A stretch of DNA of 64,000 bases from Clostridia bacterium. GTDB taxonomy: Bacteria; Bacillota; DTU025. The translations under genes and the position numbers were made by a program. The number at the start of each line of letters is the position of its first letter. Positions within the stretch are counted from its first letter, which is position 1. The notes under the pieces were generated by a model, which ran no database searches, had not been told where the DNA came from, and was given only the letters and a program-made list of their open reading frames with translations. Location: NCBI GenBank assembly GCA_034926675.1, contig JAYFQW010000006.1, positions 184,217-248,216 on the forward strand, read 5' to 3'. Positions 1 through 9,200 of the stretch are shown here, piece by piece.

Positions 1-1191
1 TCGCCCGATCTCTGCGCACGCCACGTCCTTGGGAACAGCAGGCCGGTAGACCCTCTCAGTAGTCATCGCGTCATACGCATCGCATATCGCCAGAATGCGC
101 GCCCAGAGGGATATCTCTTCGGCTCTCTTGCCATCTGGATACCCGCCTCCATCGTATCTCTCGTGATGCTCGAGTATCGCGCGATAGTCTTTGTCGCCAT
201 ATATCTTCTCCATACCTCGGATGAGTTCAGCGCCCCAGGCTGGGTGTTTGCGAATCTCGTCGAACTCCTCAGGTGAAAGCGACTTCGTCTTGGTTAGGAT
301 CTGATCCGAGAGGTTCACCTTTCCGATGTCATGGAGCCTGGCCACGTACTCTATCTCCTCAACCTCGCCTCTAGAGAGATGATAAGCCTCCGCGAGGCGC
401 CTCGCAAGCATGGCAACCCGTTCGGAGTGACCTCCGGTGTAGTGATCCTTGGAATCGATGATCCGTGCCAAGGCCACATTGATCTGCTCCGCGTTCTCCT
501 GCTTCACGAGGGCGCGCTGAGTGTAATTCTTGTTGGAGATGAAGAATGCCTCAGTTAGAATGTACGCAATGAGCCCGCCGTACTCGTAAAGCGCTGCGGC
601 CATGAGGCCCATCAGAGCCGACGGAAGCACTGAGTTCAATGATGCGAACACCACGCCTGGATCCAGCCTGAACCTGAACTGCGGCTGTGAAAGCATCACG
701 TGGAGATTGACCGTGACGCCAGACACAAGCACCCAGGCGAGACCAGAAGCGATAGCGGCGAGCAGAAACCTGATGCTGGAGAAATCTGGTGCAAGATACG
801 GCCAAACGAGGTGGAACACGGCGTAGGATGCGAGAGCGCACAGGGCTATGATCGCTCGGTTGCACACCATCTTCAGCACAGCTAGCCCCGCAGGATTGCA
901 CTCGACCAGTATCCTGTACTCCTGAAGGCTCAAACTTCCTATAGCTGCGACAAGCGCAGTAGTGCCCGCATCGTACTTCATGACTGAGATCATCATCACT
1001 GGAAGCACCATGACCACAACAGTACTGTGGAGGTTGATCACAGACAGTGACGATGCCCACAGGAGGGCGACGAACACCGCGGCGGATCCGATAGGAATCT
1101 CCAAAGCCGAGTTCGTTGCGACTAGAATCACAGCTGCTGCGATAAGGCTGAACATGTATGAGATACATAGCCTGTTGCTATTCTCGGGCAC
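1..1191 (-). CDS. HD-GYP domain protein (c-di-GMP phosphodiesterase type) with polytopic N-terminal membrane domain; 3' end cut by window edge
   Basis: This is my own minus-strand translation; the frame is absent from the ORF track because it runs off the window. It contains ..DSKDHYTGGHSERVAMLARRLAEAY.., ARLHDIGKV, ILEHHERYDGGGYPDGK and ICDAYDAMT, which together make the HD-GYP signature. The preceding ~190 aa are strongly hydrophobic, suggesting a multi-pass membrane domain. GTG 1191 lies 7 nt after AAGGGGG. ATG 1155 is the alternative start. Confidence 0.85.
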   Translation of the reverse strand, partial: MPENSNRLCISYMFSLIAAAVILVATNSALEIPIGSAAVFVALLWASSLSVINLHSTVVVMVLPVMMISVMKYDAGTTALVAAIGSLSLQEYRILVECNPAGLAVLKMVCNRAIIALCALASYAVFHLVWPYLAPDFSSIRFLLAAIASGLAWVLVSGVTVNLHVMLSQPQFRFRLDPGVVFASLNSVLPSALMGLMAAALYEYGGLIAYILTEAFFISNKNYTQRALVKQENAEQINVALARIIDSKDHYTGGHSERVAMLARRLAEAYHLSRGEVEEIEYVARLHDIGKVNLSDQILTKTKSLSPEEFDEIRKHPAWGAELIRGMEKIYGDKDYRAILEHHERYDGGGYPDGKRAEEISLWARILAICDAYDAMTTERVYRPAVPKDVACAEIGR

Positions 1192-1281
1192 ATCGACACC
1201 CCCTTCGGACCAAGCAAGGCCTAGATATAGCGAGACTCGAGAAGGGGCCCGTCGCAGCAAGCACCCTGGCGCGTCGTCGCG

Positions 1282-1374
1282 CTACTTTATCAGGCAGGTC
1301 TCTGCGAAAGCCATGACTGACAGAACGAGTGTCATGGCGGCAGCTATGAAGCTGACGAGTGCGAACTTCTTCAC
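1282..1374 (-). CDS. possible 30-aa hydrophobic micro-protein
   Basis: It reads GTG(1374)-KKFALVSFIAAAMTLVLSVMAFAETCLIK-TAG(1282) and starts 6 nt downstream of GGGAGG. It sits between the 222-aa ORF and the HD-GYP gene on the same strand. It is too short for any statistical support. Confidence 0.25.
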   Translation of the reverse strand: MKKFALVSFIAAAMTLVLSVMAFAETCLIK

Positions 1375-1479
1375 ACGCTTCACCTCCCACAATCAACCTA
1401 GCAAACGGGAGGCTCAGCTCATCTTCAGATCTCATCTCGTGCTGCGACGGGCAAACTCAAACCAGCAATCGCGCCGCTT

Positions 1480-2148
1480 CTACTGCAAATCGGCGGCGCG
1501 CTCTAGTTGCCTATTCAGTGCTTGGAGTATGGAACGGACAACGGAGGTCGGGAGATCGTCCTTCTTGTAAGCGGCTCCTATGTACCGTCTCCTCTCTCCT
1601 GAATCCCGGCCTATTATGGTGACTTCTGTGATGACTCTATCTCCGATGATGCTGCAGTCCGCCTGCAGCCGATACTTGGCGCCTAGCAGAGCCTGGACTG
1701 CCTCCAGGGCCGCGTGTTTCATCACCTGATCAACCGAATCGTTCACTGCACACCCGCAGGCAGTGCCGCAGAATGACTCGCCTTCATAGTCCAAGGTGAC
1801 GTGGCCAATCATGCTGTGTTTCGGCCCGTACTCGATCGCCACTCTGCTCAAAACAGGCCGCCTCAAGGCATTTGTTCCGGATTCGGGCGCCTCGCCGACC
1901 TGCGCGATGCTCACCCGCCGGTAGTCGACCTTCTCGCCCACCTCCAGCAGGTACACAGTCTCTATGTCCTTCTTCATTCTCTTGATCTCATCCTGATCCA
2001 GCTGCCCTGCCACCATCACATGTATCTCATCGCCCTCGACGGCGGCCAGGACTCTCACCCTAACAACGCCCGGGAGCGTAAGCAGCCTCTCCTCGGCCCT
2101 CGCGAGCCTGGCTTCCCTATCGCCCCCGGCTTCACGGTTCTCTGTCAC
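1480..2148 (-). CDS. hypothetical protein, 222 aa, family not recognised
   Basis: This is a long ORF with protein-like composition (charged, no low-complexity Arg/Pro/Ser shadow pattern). It is on the same strand as the HD-GYP gene and just upstream of it. I can name no motif in it. Confidence 0.6.
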   Translation of the reverse strand: MTENREAGGDREARLARAEERLLTLPGVVRVRVLAAVEGDEIHVMVAGQLDQDEIKRMKKDIETVYLLEVGEKVDYRRVSIAQVGEAPESGTNALRRPVLSRVAIEYGPKHSMIGHVTLDYEGESFCGTACGCAVNDSVDQVMKHAALEAVQALLGAKYRLQADCSIIGDRVITEVTIIGRDSGERRRYIGAAYKKDDLPTSVVRSILQALNRQLERAADLQ

Positions 2149-2217
2149 TGCACCACTCCCCCTGCACTATGTCTCGGCAAACCACGGATTTGAATTCGCC
2201 TTCCTCTCGCGAATCCC

Positions 2218-2247
2218 TTCAACTGCGCTGCCGCCATAGGGTATAAT
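2218..2247 (+). promoter_or_regulatory. candidate sigma70-type promoter TTCAAC-N18-TATAAT for the phosphodiesterase gene
   Basis: TATAAT is at 2242-2247 and TTCAAC at 2218-2223. GGGAGG at 2271-2276 precedes ATG 2279. The -35 is weak. Confidence 0.3.
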
Positions 2248-2278
2248 TGAATGGATTCTCACTCTGCACGCGGGAGGA

Positions 2279-3607
2279 ATGGGCTTGAAGAGGTTTGCCA
2301 AAATCGCCATTCTGGCGGCGTTTATCGTCTTCCTTATGGGCGCCGCCGAGGCGACCGTTGCAGTCAAGCACGTCGTGCTCATCTCCCTAGACGCGCTTGC
2401 AGCGCGTGACCTCCCATTCATCGCAGGACTGCCGAACCTGGGCAGACTGATTTCCCAGGGTGCAACGGTGCAGTCAGTTGTGTCAGTGTATCCGTCCATC
2501 ACCTACCCAGCACATGCGACGATCGTCACCGGAGTAACCCCCGACGTGCACGGCATCACAGCCAACTACCCACTGCAGGTGGGCAACTCCAATCCTGCAT
2601 ACTACTTCTACGCACGGGATATCAAGGCGCGCACGATATACCAGGCCGCCGCTGACAAACATATCCGCACTGCCTGCATCCTGTGGCCAACCACATCCCG
2701 CGCCGAGATCGACTACTTGATCCCAGAAATATGGCCTACCAGGCCGGGTGAGAGTCAGATGATGCTCATTCTCGCGAACGCGAGTCCGATCACGGCTCTG
2801 GTGCTGAATGCCAGGTACGGCCATATGCTGGATGGTTTCGATACCAGCCGGATCGATGACTTCATCACCGCGTCCACTGCCTATATGTTGAAGACCAAGA
2901 GGCCGGGTCTCACGATGCTCCACCTGTCCGATCTCGATACGGTGAAACACGCGCATGGAGTAGACGCGCCAGAGGTCCAGGCCTGCCTAGCCCAGGAGGA
3001 CCTCAGGATAGGCCAGATCCTTACGGCAATCGACGATGCTGGAATTGCGGGTTCCACCGTTGTCATCATCACGGGAGACCATGGGCAATCGAACACCTCG
3101 TGGGTCATCAACCTGAATTCGGTCTTCGCACGCAATGGCCTTATCGCACTCTCGCCTGATGGGAATGTGCGGTCATGGAAAGCCGCACTGAACTCCTGCG
3201 GAGGATCAGCGCATGTTTACGTCTCCGATGAGTCAGCCAGGGATCGCGTGGCAGTTATCCTTGATGAACTGGCCGCCGATGGAGAGGCAACTGGCATCGA
3301 GTCGGTACGGGAATGCACCAAATGTGATGGCCCGGCTTTTGTGCTCGAGGCGCGTCCGGGATACTACTTCTCCGACTCCTTAACAGGCAATCTGGTGGCC
3401 CCAGCTCAATGTCGAGCCTACCATGGTTACCTGCCGGAGAAAAGCGACATGCACACCTTACTAGTAGCTGCTGGACCCCGCATCCAGGCTGGAACTTCTG
3501 TTCGCGAGGCACGCCTGATCGATATCGCCCCAACAATCGCATGGATCCTCGGCCTGTCGCTTCCCGGCGCTCTGGGAAGAATTCTCGACGAGATCGTGGT
3601 GAGGTAG
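2279..3607 (+). CDS. exported nucleotide pyrophosphatase/phosphodiesterase (type I phosphodiesterase, alkaline-phosphatase superfamily)
   Basis: It has an N-terminal signal-like helix, MGLKRFAKIAILAAFIVFLMGAAEA. The stretch VVLISLDALAARDL..VYPSITYPAHATIVTGVTPDVHGI matches the NPP metal/nucleophile-Thr block. SDLDTVKHAHG and ITGDHG are also present. Confidence 0.85.
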   Translation: MGLKRFAKIAILAAFIVFLMGAAEATVAVKHVVLISLDALAARDLPFIAGLPNLGRLISQGATVQSVVSVYPSITYPAHATIVTGVTPDVHGITANYPLQVGNSNPAYYFYARDIKARTIYQAAADKHIRTACILWPTTSRAEIDYLIPEIWPTRPGESQMMLILANASPITALVLNARYGHMLDGFDTSRIDDFITASTAYMLKTKRPGLTMLHLSDLDTVKHAHGVDAPEVQACLAQEDLRIGQILTAIDDAGIAGSTVVIITGDHGQSNTSWVINLNSVFARNGLIALSPDGNVRSWKAALNSCGGSAHVYVSDESARDRVAVILDELAADGEATGIESVRECTKCDGPAFVLEARPGYYFSDSLTGNLVAPAQCRAYHGYLPEKSDMHTLLVAAGPRIQAGTSVREARLIDIAPTIAWILGLSLPGALGRILDEIVVR

Positions 3608-3612
3608 AAGGA

Positions 3613-4614
3613 ATGGAGATTGTGCTCAGACGAGTTCGACACGATGACATGCCTACAATTGTGCGAATCAGCTCTGACATATGGGATGGCAGCGACTACG
3701 TTCCAGCAATAGCCCAGGACTGGATAAACGATGAGAAAGGGATATTCATCGCAGCCGAGGTTGAAGGATTGCTGCGTGGATTCGGCAAGCTCACCCTCCA
3801 GGGACCCGATTGCGGCTGGTGTGAAGGGCTGAGAGTCGATTCCCACTTCCGAGGAAAGGGCACGGCTAGGGCAATTGCCATCGCCCTGATTGAAACGGCC
3901 AGGTCAGCAGGGCTGCGCACTCTGCGATTCGCAACATCTGTTGACAATATCGAGAGCATTCACCTCAATGAGAGTCTGGGTTTCCGCCGAATCAGCGGCT
4001 TCCGCTACCTGAGCATAGAAGGCCTCCGCGAGATGGAGGAAGCGCAGGCCAGAGCGGCCAGCCTCGCCGGCGGCGTCCAGGCCGTTCAAGTGAGCGCGCG
4101 CCGGGAGGCGGATTGCGCCGCACTGATTGCGCGCATCGCCGGATCCAGTTTCGTGGCGAAGGCCGGCGCCATGCTGCCCTGGGGTTTCATGTTCGAGCCT
4201 GCGACTCGCGGGAGCATCTCGACGTCGATAGCAGAAGGCGCGCTCTTCGCCGCGGGAGGCGACCGCGCGCATCCGGAAGCCCTCCTGCTGCTTCAGCCCA
4301 GCCACGAGGCTCCGCGAAATGATCCGAACCCGACCCAGCTATGCATTAGGTTCATGGAGGGTTCAGGATGTGCAGGCCTCGCTGCGCTATCCGCAGGTAT
4401 TCGGCACGCGATGGAGCATGGCGCAAGGGGGATAGAGGCAAGTGTGCCCGTGGATCCCGAACTAATGAGGTTGCTTCATGAGGGTGGCTTCAAGGACTGG
4501 TGGGAGGAACTCGCCCCGTCGGCGCCAACAGTGCTCCTGTATGACTACCCCCAGGAGATGCTGAGAAATGAATCAGGGAGTGACGCGCCTGTTGTTCAAA
4601 CTAGTTGCATGTGA
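3613..4614 (+). CDS. GNAT family N-acetyltransferase with ~180-aa C-terminal extension
   Basis: It contains RVDSHFRGKGTARAIAIALIETARSAGLRTLRFAT..NESLGFRR, the GNAT acetyl-CoA motif. The ORF-track start (3409) overlaps the upstream gene. ATG 3613 follows that gene's stop and is preceded by GAGG. Confidence 0.8.
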   Translation: MEIVLRRVRHDDMPTIVRISSDIWDGSDYVPAIAQDWINDEKGIFIAAEVEGLLRGFGKLTLQGPDCGWCEGLRVDSHFRGKGTARAIAIALIETARSAGLRTLRFATSVDNIESIHLNESLGFRRISGFRYLSIEGLREMEEAQARAASLAGGVQAVQVSARREADCAALIARIAGSSFVAKAGAMLPWGFMFEPATRGSISTSIAEGALFAAGGDRAHPEALLLLQPSHEAPRNDPNPTQLCIRFMEGSGCAGLAALSAGIRHAMEHGARGIEASVPVDPELMRLLHEGGFKDWWEELAPSAPTVLLYDYPQEMLRNESGSDAPVVQTSCM

Positions 4615-5467
4615 CATCGATGGAACACTGCTCAGAGGCGACGGGACAGCAAGCGACAGGTTGCGGCAGGCGATGCAGCTGGCAAAGGATCGCGGAGCTA
4701 GCACCACTCTGGTCACTGGCAGACGCATCGCAGCCACCACACCTGTGGCTGTTGATCTGGACGTTAACGGACCTCTAGTGGCCCACTGCGGAGCGGTAGT
4801 GTACAGCATTCCCGACGAGGAGATCCTCATGGCGAAGCACATGCCAAGAGAGGTCGCAGTTGAGATCTGCAACATGGCAAAATCGGTGGGAGCTCATGTA
4901 TCGGTGTATGAGAACGCGCACCTTGGCCGGTCGATAACCGCGATCTCACAGGCGGAAGTAGAGGATATCCGGAGGTGGTTCCCACATCCTGTCGGCTGCG
5001 CCAAGTTGGCTGCGAGTTTCGAGGAAGCATGCTGCGCGGATCCAGTGCAGGTCAGTATCCAAACTCGGGGGCGCGGCGCTATGGCCTCTATCCTTGCGGA
5101 GCTTGCCACAACATACGCCTCTGAAGTGTCCTTAATGGACTATGGGGTTGACAGGTCGGGCACGGCTCTGGTGGATGTTTTCGCCCACGGAGTGCACAAG
5201 GGCCTGGGCCTTGAATACGTCGCCAGATGCCTGGATGTGGATCGAGCAGAGATTGTGGCCTTCGGGGATTCAGACAACGACATCGAACTACTAAGGTATG
5301 CCGGGCTCGGAGTGGCGATGGGAAACGCCTCCACGGGCGCAGCACGCGCCGCCGACATGATGGCCCCATCGTCAAATGATGATGGCGTCGCGGTCATTCT
5401 CGAGGATCTAGCGTGCCGGGGCATGCTTGGCTCTGATCACTTGACTACCGCGTTCACCGGCTCGTAG
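4568..5467 (+). CDS. Cof-type HAD-IIB phosphatase
   Basis: It contains LVACDIDGTLL (DxDGT motif), TGR and FGDSDNDIELLRYAGLGVAMGNA. The true start may be GTG 4580 or TTG 4592, which would reduce the overlap with the GNAT gene. Confidence 0.85.
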   Translation: MNQGVTRLLFKLVACDIDGTLLRGDGTASDRLRQAMQLAKDRGASTTLVTGRRIAATTPVAVDLDVNGPLVAHCGAVVYSIPDEEILMAKHMPREVAVEICNMAKSVGAHVSVYENAHLGRSITAISQAEVEDIRRWFPHPVGCAKLAASFEEACCADPVQVSIQTRGRGAMASILAELATTYASEVSLMDYGVDRSGTALVDVFAHGVHKGLGLEYVARCLDVDRAEIVAFGDSDNDIELLRYAGLGVAMGNASTGAARAADMMAPSSNDDGVAVILEDLACRGMLGSDHLTTAFTGS

Positions 5468-6249
5468 AGGTCGGTGGATACTAGCTCCCGGGTGCGTCCG
5501 CCATCGGACGACTGCCTCTCCGCCCAGACCTGGACCCTGTACCCCGCGGAGCCACGCTGAGCGATGGTGCGCGCACCAGGAGGCGAAGGCGTGGTTGCGC
5601 GGCCCGTAGGATCTGGAGGCGCCATCGGCCTCGGAGGAATCACCTCGACCGTCTGCGTGAACAGGCGGATTTCCGGTCCTTCCGAGTCCCCCTCTATCCA
5701 TACCGCGACTCTCGGACCATCCACCGCAGCCCGCACTGTCACGGCTTCGGCGCGCGTGTTCACCCATCTCAAGTCCCGAGCCCCATAGGACACAGTGGCA
5801 TCCAGCCCAGCCGGAAGGTAAGGCACTGGCCTGGAATGAGGGCGCCTTTCGGTTATCTCCATTCCTGCAAGCAGGGCCGCGTTGTACATAGTGGACGAGA
5901 GTTGGCATATGCCCCCCGCTATTCCGGATTCGCTTTTCCCGTCAACAATGACGCGGGCAGGCCCGTACCCCTGCTCCTCACCGCGCTCGCCCACGACCCC
6001 ATTGAACGAGAATTCACCGCCAGGCTCAACAACAGCGCCATTCAGGCTCGCCGCGGCCAGAGCCACGTTTTGGTTTCTGCTCTTCTGATCTGGGTCCAGC
6101 GAAGTAGTGGAGCGTCCGAGAACGAACACAGCTGGAGAACTGCTCCGATTGCCTCGCCCACGCAACGACCCGAGTCCGACGATAATGCACACCCCTGCCG
6201 AAACCACCGCGAGAGCGACTCCCAGGGCAACCCGTGCGCGACGCCTCAT
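5437..6249 (-). CDS. VanW domain protein, N-terminally membrane anchored
   Basis: It begins MRRRARVALGVALAVVSAGVCIIVGLG (TM helix). PGGEFSFNGVVGER..GGICQLSSTMYNAALLAGMEITERRPHSRPVPYLPAGLDATVSYGARDLRWVNT matches the VanW core. Its ATG overlaps the stop of the upstream A2M gene (ATGA at 6246-6249). Confidence 0.85.
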   Translation of the reverse strand: MRRRARVALGVALAVVSAGVCIIVGLGSLRGRGNRSSSPAVFVLGRSTTSLDPDQKSRNQNVALAAASLNGAVVEPGGEFSFNGVVGERGEEQGYGPARVIVDGKSESGIAGGICQLSSTMYNAALLAGMEITERRPHSRPVPYLPAGLDATVSYGARDLRWVNTRAEAVTVRAAVDGPRVAVWIEGDSEGPEIRLFTQTVEVIPPRPMAPPDPTGRATTPSPPGARTIAQRGSAGYRVQVWAERQSSDGGRTRELVSTDLYEPVNAVVK

Positions 6250-9200
6250 CTGTTCCCGACCACCCTGATCTCGGCGCTATCTCCATGTGCCGTAAGGTCT
6301 GGATAGTACATCGACCACGCCCTGGTGGGCATCACTCTGTATATCCCTGGCCGCTCAGGGGCTATGACGTATTCGAAAACCCTCCGCTTCCCCGCATCAA
6401 TCCAGGTGGAGAAGAAGACCATCCGATTGTCGCGCGCCTCGCGCCTGTCGTACCAGTAGTTCCAGGAGTACGGGTCAGCGAAATCCTCGACGATCTCGAA
6501 GCCGGATGGGACTGGGTCTTCGAACGCCATGTACTCAAGAGCCGACTTCGCATCAACGGTCACTCTGACCAGCAGTTCCTCCCCTACCTTCGCCTCCCCT
6601 GAAAAGGACTGAACGGAGTAGCTCTCTCCCTTGGGCGGCACTGCAGCGCGGTCCACTCTGAAGTATTCGCGCGTGATCGTGGCGCAGTCGCCGCTGGCCT
6701 TGATTTCGTCAGCTGGCGCGCACCACGATGCCTTCATCGAGTAATGCACCGCTCCGCCTGCGGATGTGATCTCCACCACATTCGCCCCAGGCTTGAGGAA
6801 CTTGCGATCGATCTCGAGGGATGCTGCCGACGAGGAATCCACCGTTCCAGCGGCGCCCCCGCCTGCACGCAGCTTCCCGGCCTCCTGTCCGTTCACCATG
6901 ACGGTGACCTCACGCTCCGCGGCAATGTCCTCGTGGGAATGGAGCATGTACTCGACCAGTGCGATCACTCCTGCTGCCGATTCCCTGGTGGAGCGCCACT
7001 GTGAACCGTCCCGGACAACGGCCAAATGCCTGGCGGCCTCTGGTATCAGCGGACTCGCAGGCTCTGCCTCAAGCATGGCCATCATGGCCCATGCCGTGCT
7101 CTCAGCGGTTTCACTCCTCCACCAGTAGGAGGAGTCTTCTGTCTTCCAGTATGTCTGGCCGGATGACCTCACGGCCAGTGCAGCCAGGCGCTCCGCGCCC
7201 TCTCTGGCGATCTCCATGTTGCCAGATGAAGCCGAAGCGAGAGCGGCGTAGGCTATGGCGAGTGGCGCCGGTTTCGCCTCTGAGAACTGGATCTTCGCGA
7301 ACTTGGAAAGGGACTTCTCAGTCGCCTGGTCCAGAGTTCCCTGGGTAGCCAGAGCGTAGTAGGCATACGCCCGATCAGCGGGCTTCTCGATCTTTGGCAG
7401 CTCTGACCTGAGATAGGCTGCAGCCCGGGATATCGCTTCCTCGCTGACCTCGAAGCCAGCTCGTTTCGCCCTTGATAGCCCGTATAGCACGTACGATGTC
7501 ATCCAGGGCATGCTCTGATCGAACTCCCACCATCCGAACCCGCCGTCATCGTGCTGGTACTTGTAGAGCCTGGCTAGTCCGGAGTTCACCATGGCGGCCA
7601 GTTCCTCCTGGCTTCTGGAGATAGACACTCCAAGTGAGGCGAATGCCTCATGAGCCAGGACATCTGGCATGAACGCACTCATGGTCTGTTCCACACAGCC
7701 ATACGGATAGGCTGCCAGATAGTCAAGGGCTCCCTCGACCACCCCTGCGTACCCAGGTGAGACGTCCAGCGTCACGGCCTCAGTTCCACTCACCGAGTCG
7801 GCAGGCAGCTCGAACTCCATAACCGCGCTGGGCTGGCCCTCGGAAGGAGAGATCTCCCCCGCCCATGTCCCTTCGCCCTTCTCTCCAAAGGGAAGAACCG
7901 GCACTGATAGCTCGACACCGTCAGTGATGAACCAGGATCTCGCGCGGATAGTGAACTTGGCCTGACCGACGCCTGTGGGCTCCACATCCCACTCCACCGT
8001 AGCCTGGCCGCCTGGTTCTATAGACACATACTTCTTCACTCGTCCAATGACGTTTGCGCCCTCTGCTTTCAAGGTCACGCTGGCTCTTCTGGTAAAGCGC
8101 GTGTAGTTGTGGACCACTCCGGTCACAGAGCCACGATCCCCCATGGTGTAGTGACGCGGAAGCGCCAGCCTCGCCACGAGCGGCAGGCTGACTGTAACCT
8201 TGGCCTGCGCCTGGCCCACCACAGTCTCGCAGGTATGCGCCTTCACGCAGGCTCTCCACGTTGTGAGCGAATCCGGCATCTTCACCTGCACAACGGCGTG
8301 GCCGTTGGCATCTGTCACAATCGAAGGGATCCACATCGCAGTATCCGGGAAGTCCTTTCGGGTGGTCTCGGATCCGCCCTCCTTGTCTGCTCCTCCGTAG
8401 TACGTAAGCGGGAAGGAGTTCTCAGTCGTAACTGAGTTCTGACGCCGCCCGTGGAAGAACTTCTCGATCTCGATAGTGGTGTCTGGCCTTACGGCGTATA
8501 TCGACTCGTCGACAAGCCCGAATGATACCTCAGCTGGCATTGCGTCTCCATTGGAATCCTTGGTGGTCACCAGGTATGTTGCGGTCTCACCAGGACGATA
8601 ACTGGCCTTATTGGGCTGAATCTCCACACTCAGGATGCGCTCGGGAACATCGATCACGATTCCACGCGACGCAGTCTGCATGACCCGTGCCGCCACGGCA
8701 GTCGCACACACATATGTGTTCGGGGCGCAGTCAGCCACGATGGGCAGATCCACCAGCGCCGACCCGCTTTCCAACGCAACCACCTGCGAATGCCGGATCT
8801 CGCTATCTTCAACCGTCAGAAGGACTGAATGCACGTCTGAAGGCGCAGTCACCAGAATCTTCGCAGTATCGCCAATGGCATAGCGGGGCTTGTCGCACAC
8901 GACTGTGATGTCATGCCGGAATTCGGCATCGCACCCCATTGCTCCGGAAGTCACCCAGATGTAATCCTCGGTGACTATTTCATTGCCCCGTTCATCGGCG
9001 CCTCTGGCCCGTAGCACCACGGTTCCTGGTTGCGCTGCCTCCATGGAGACCTCGGCGACGCCTGAGGTTGGAGTCTCCGCAGCCTTCGTCGACACTGGAG
9101 AGTCAGTGTACCCCTTCTCCGTGTAGGTTCTCTTCAGCATTTCTATGCTGAGCTTTCGTGACGCAGGAGAGCCATCAAGAGAGACAGTCCTCACCTTCAC

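Noticed and set aside
3409-3612. The ORF track extends the GNAT ORF at its N-terminus, overlapping the 3' end of the phosphodiesterase gene by ~200 nt.
   Set aside because: The extension is Arg/Pro/Ser-rich shadow sequence. ATG 3613 follows the upstream stop and begins a normal GNAT N-terminus.
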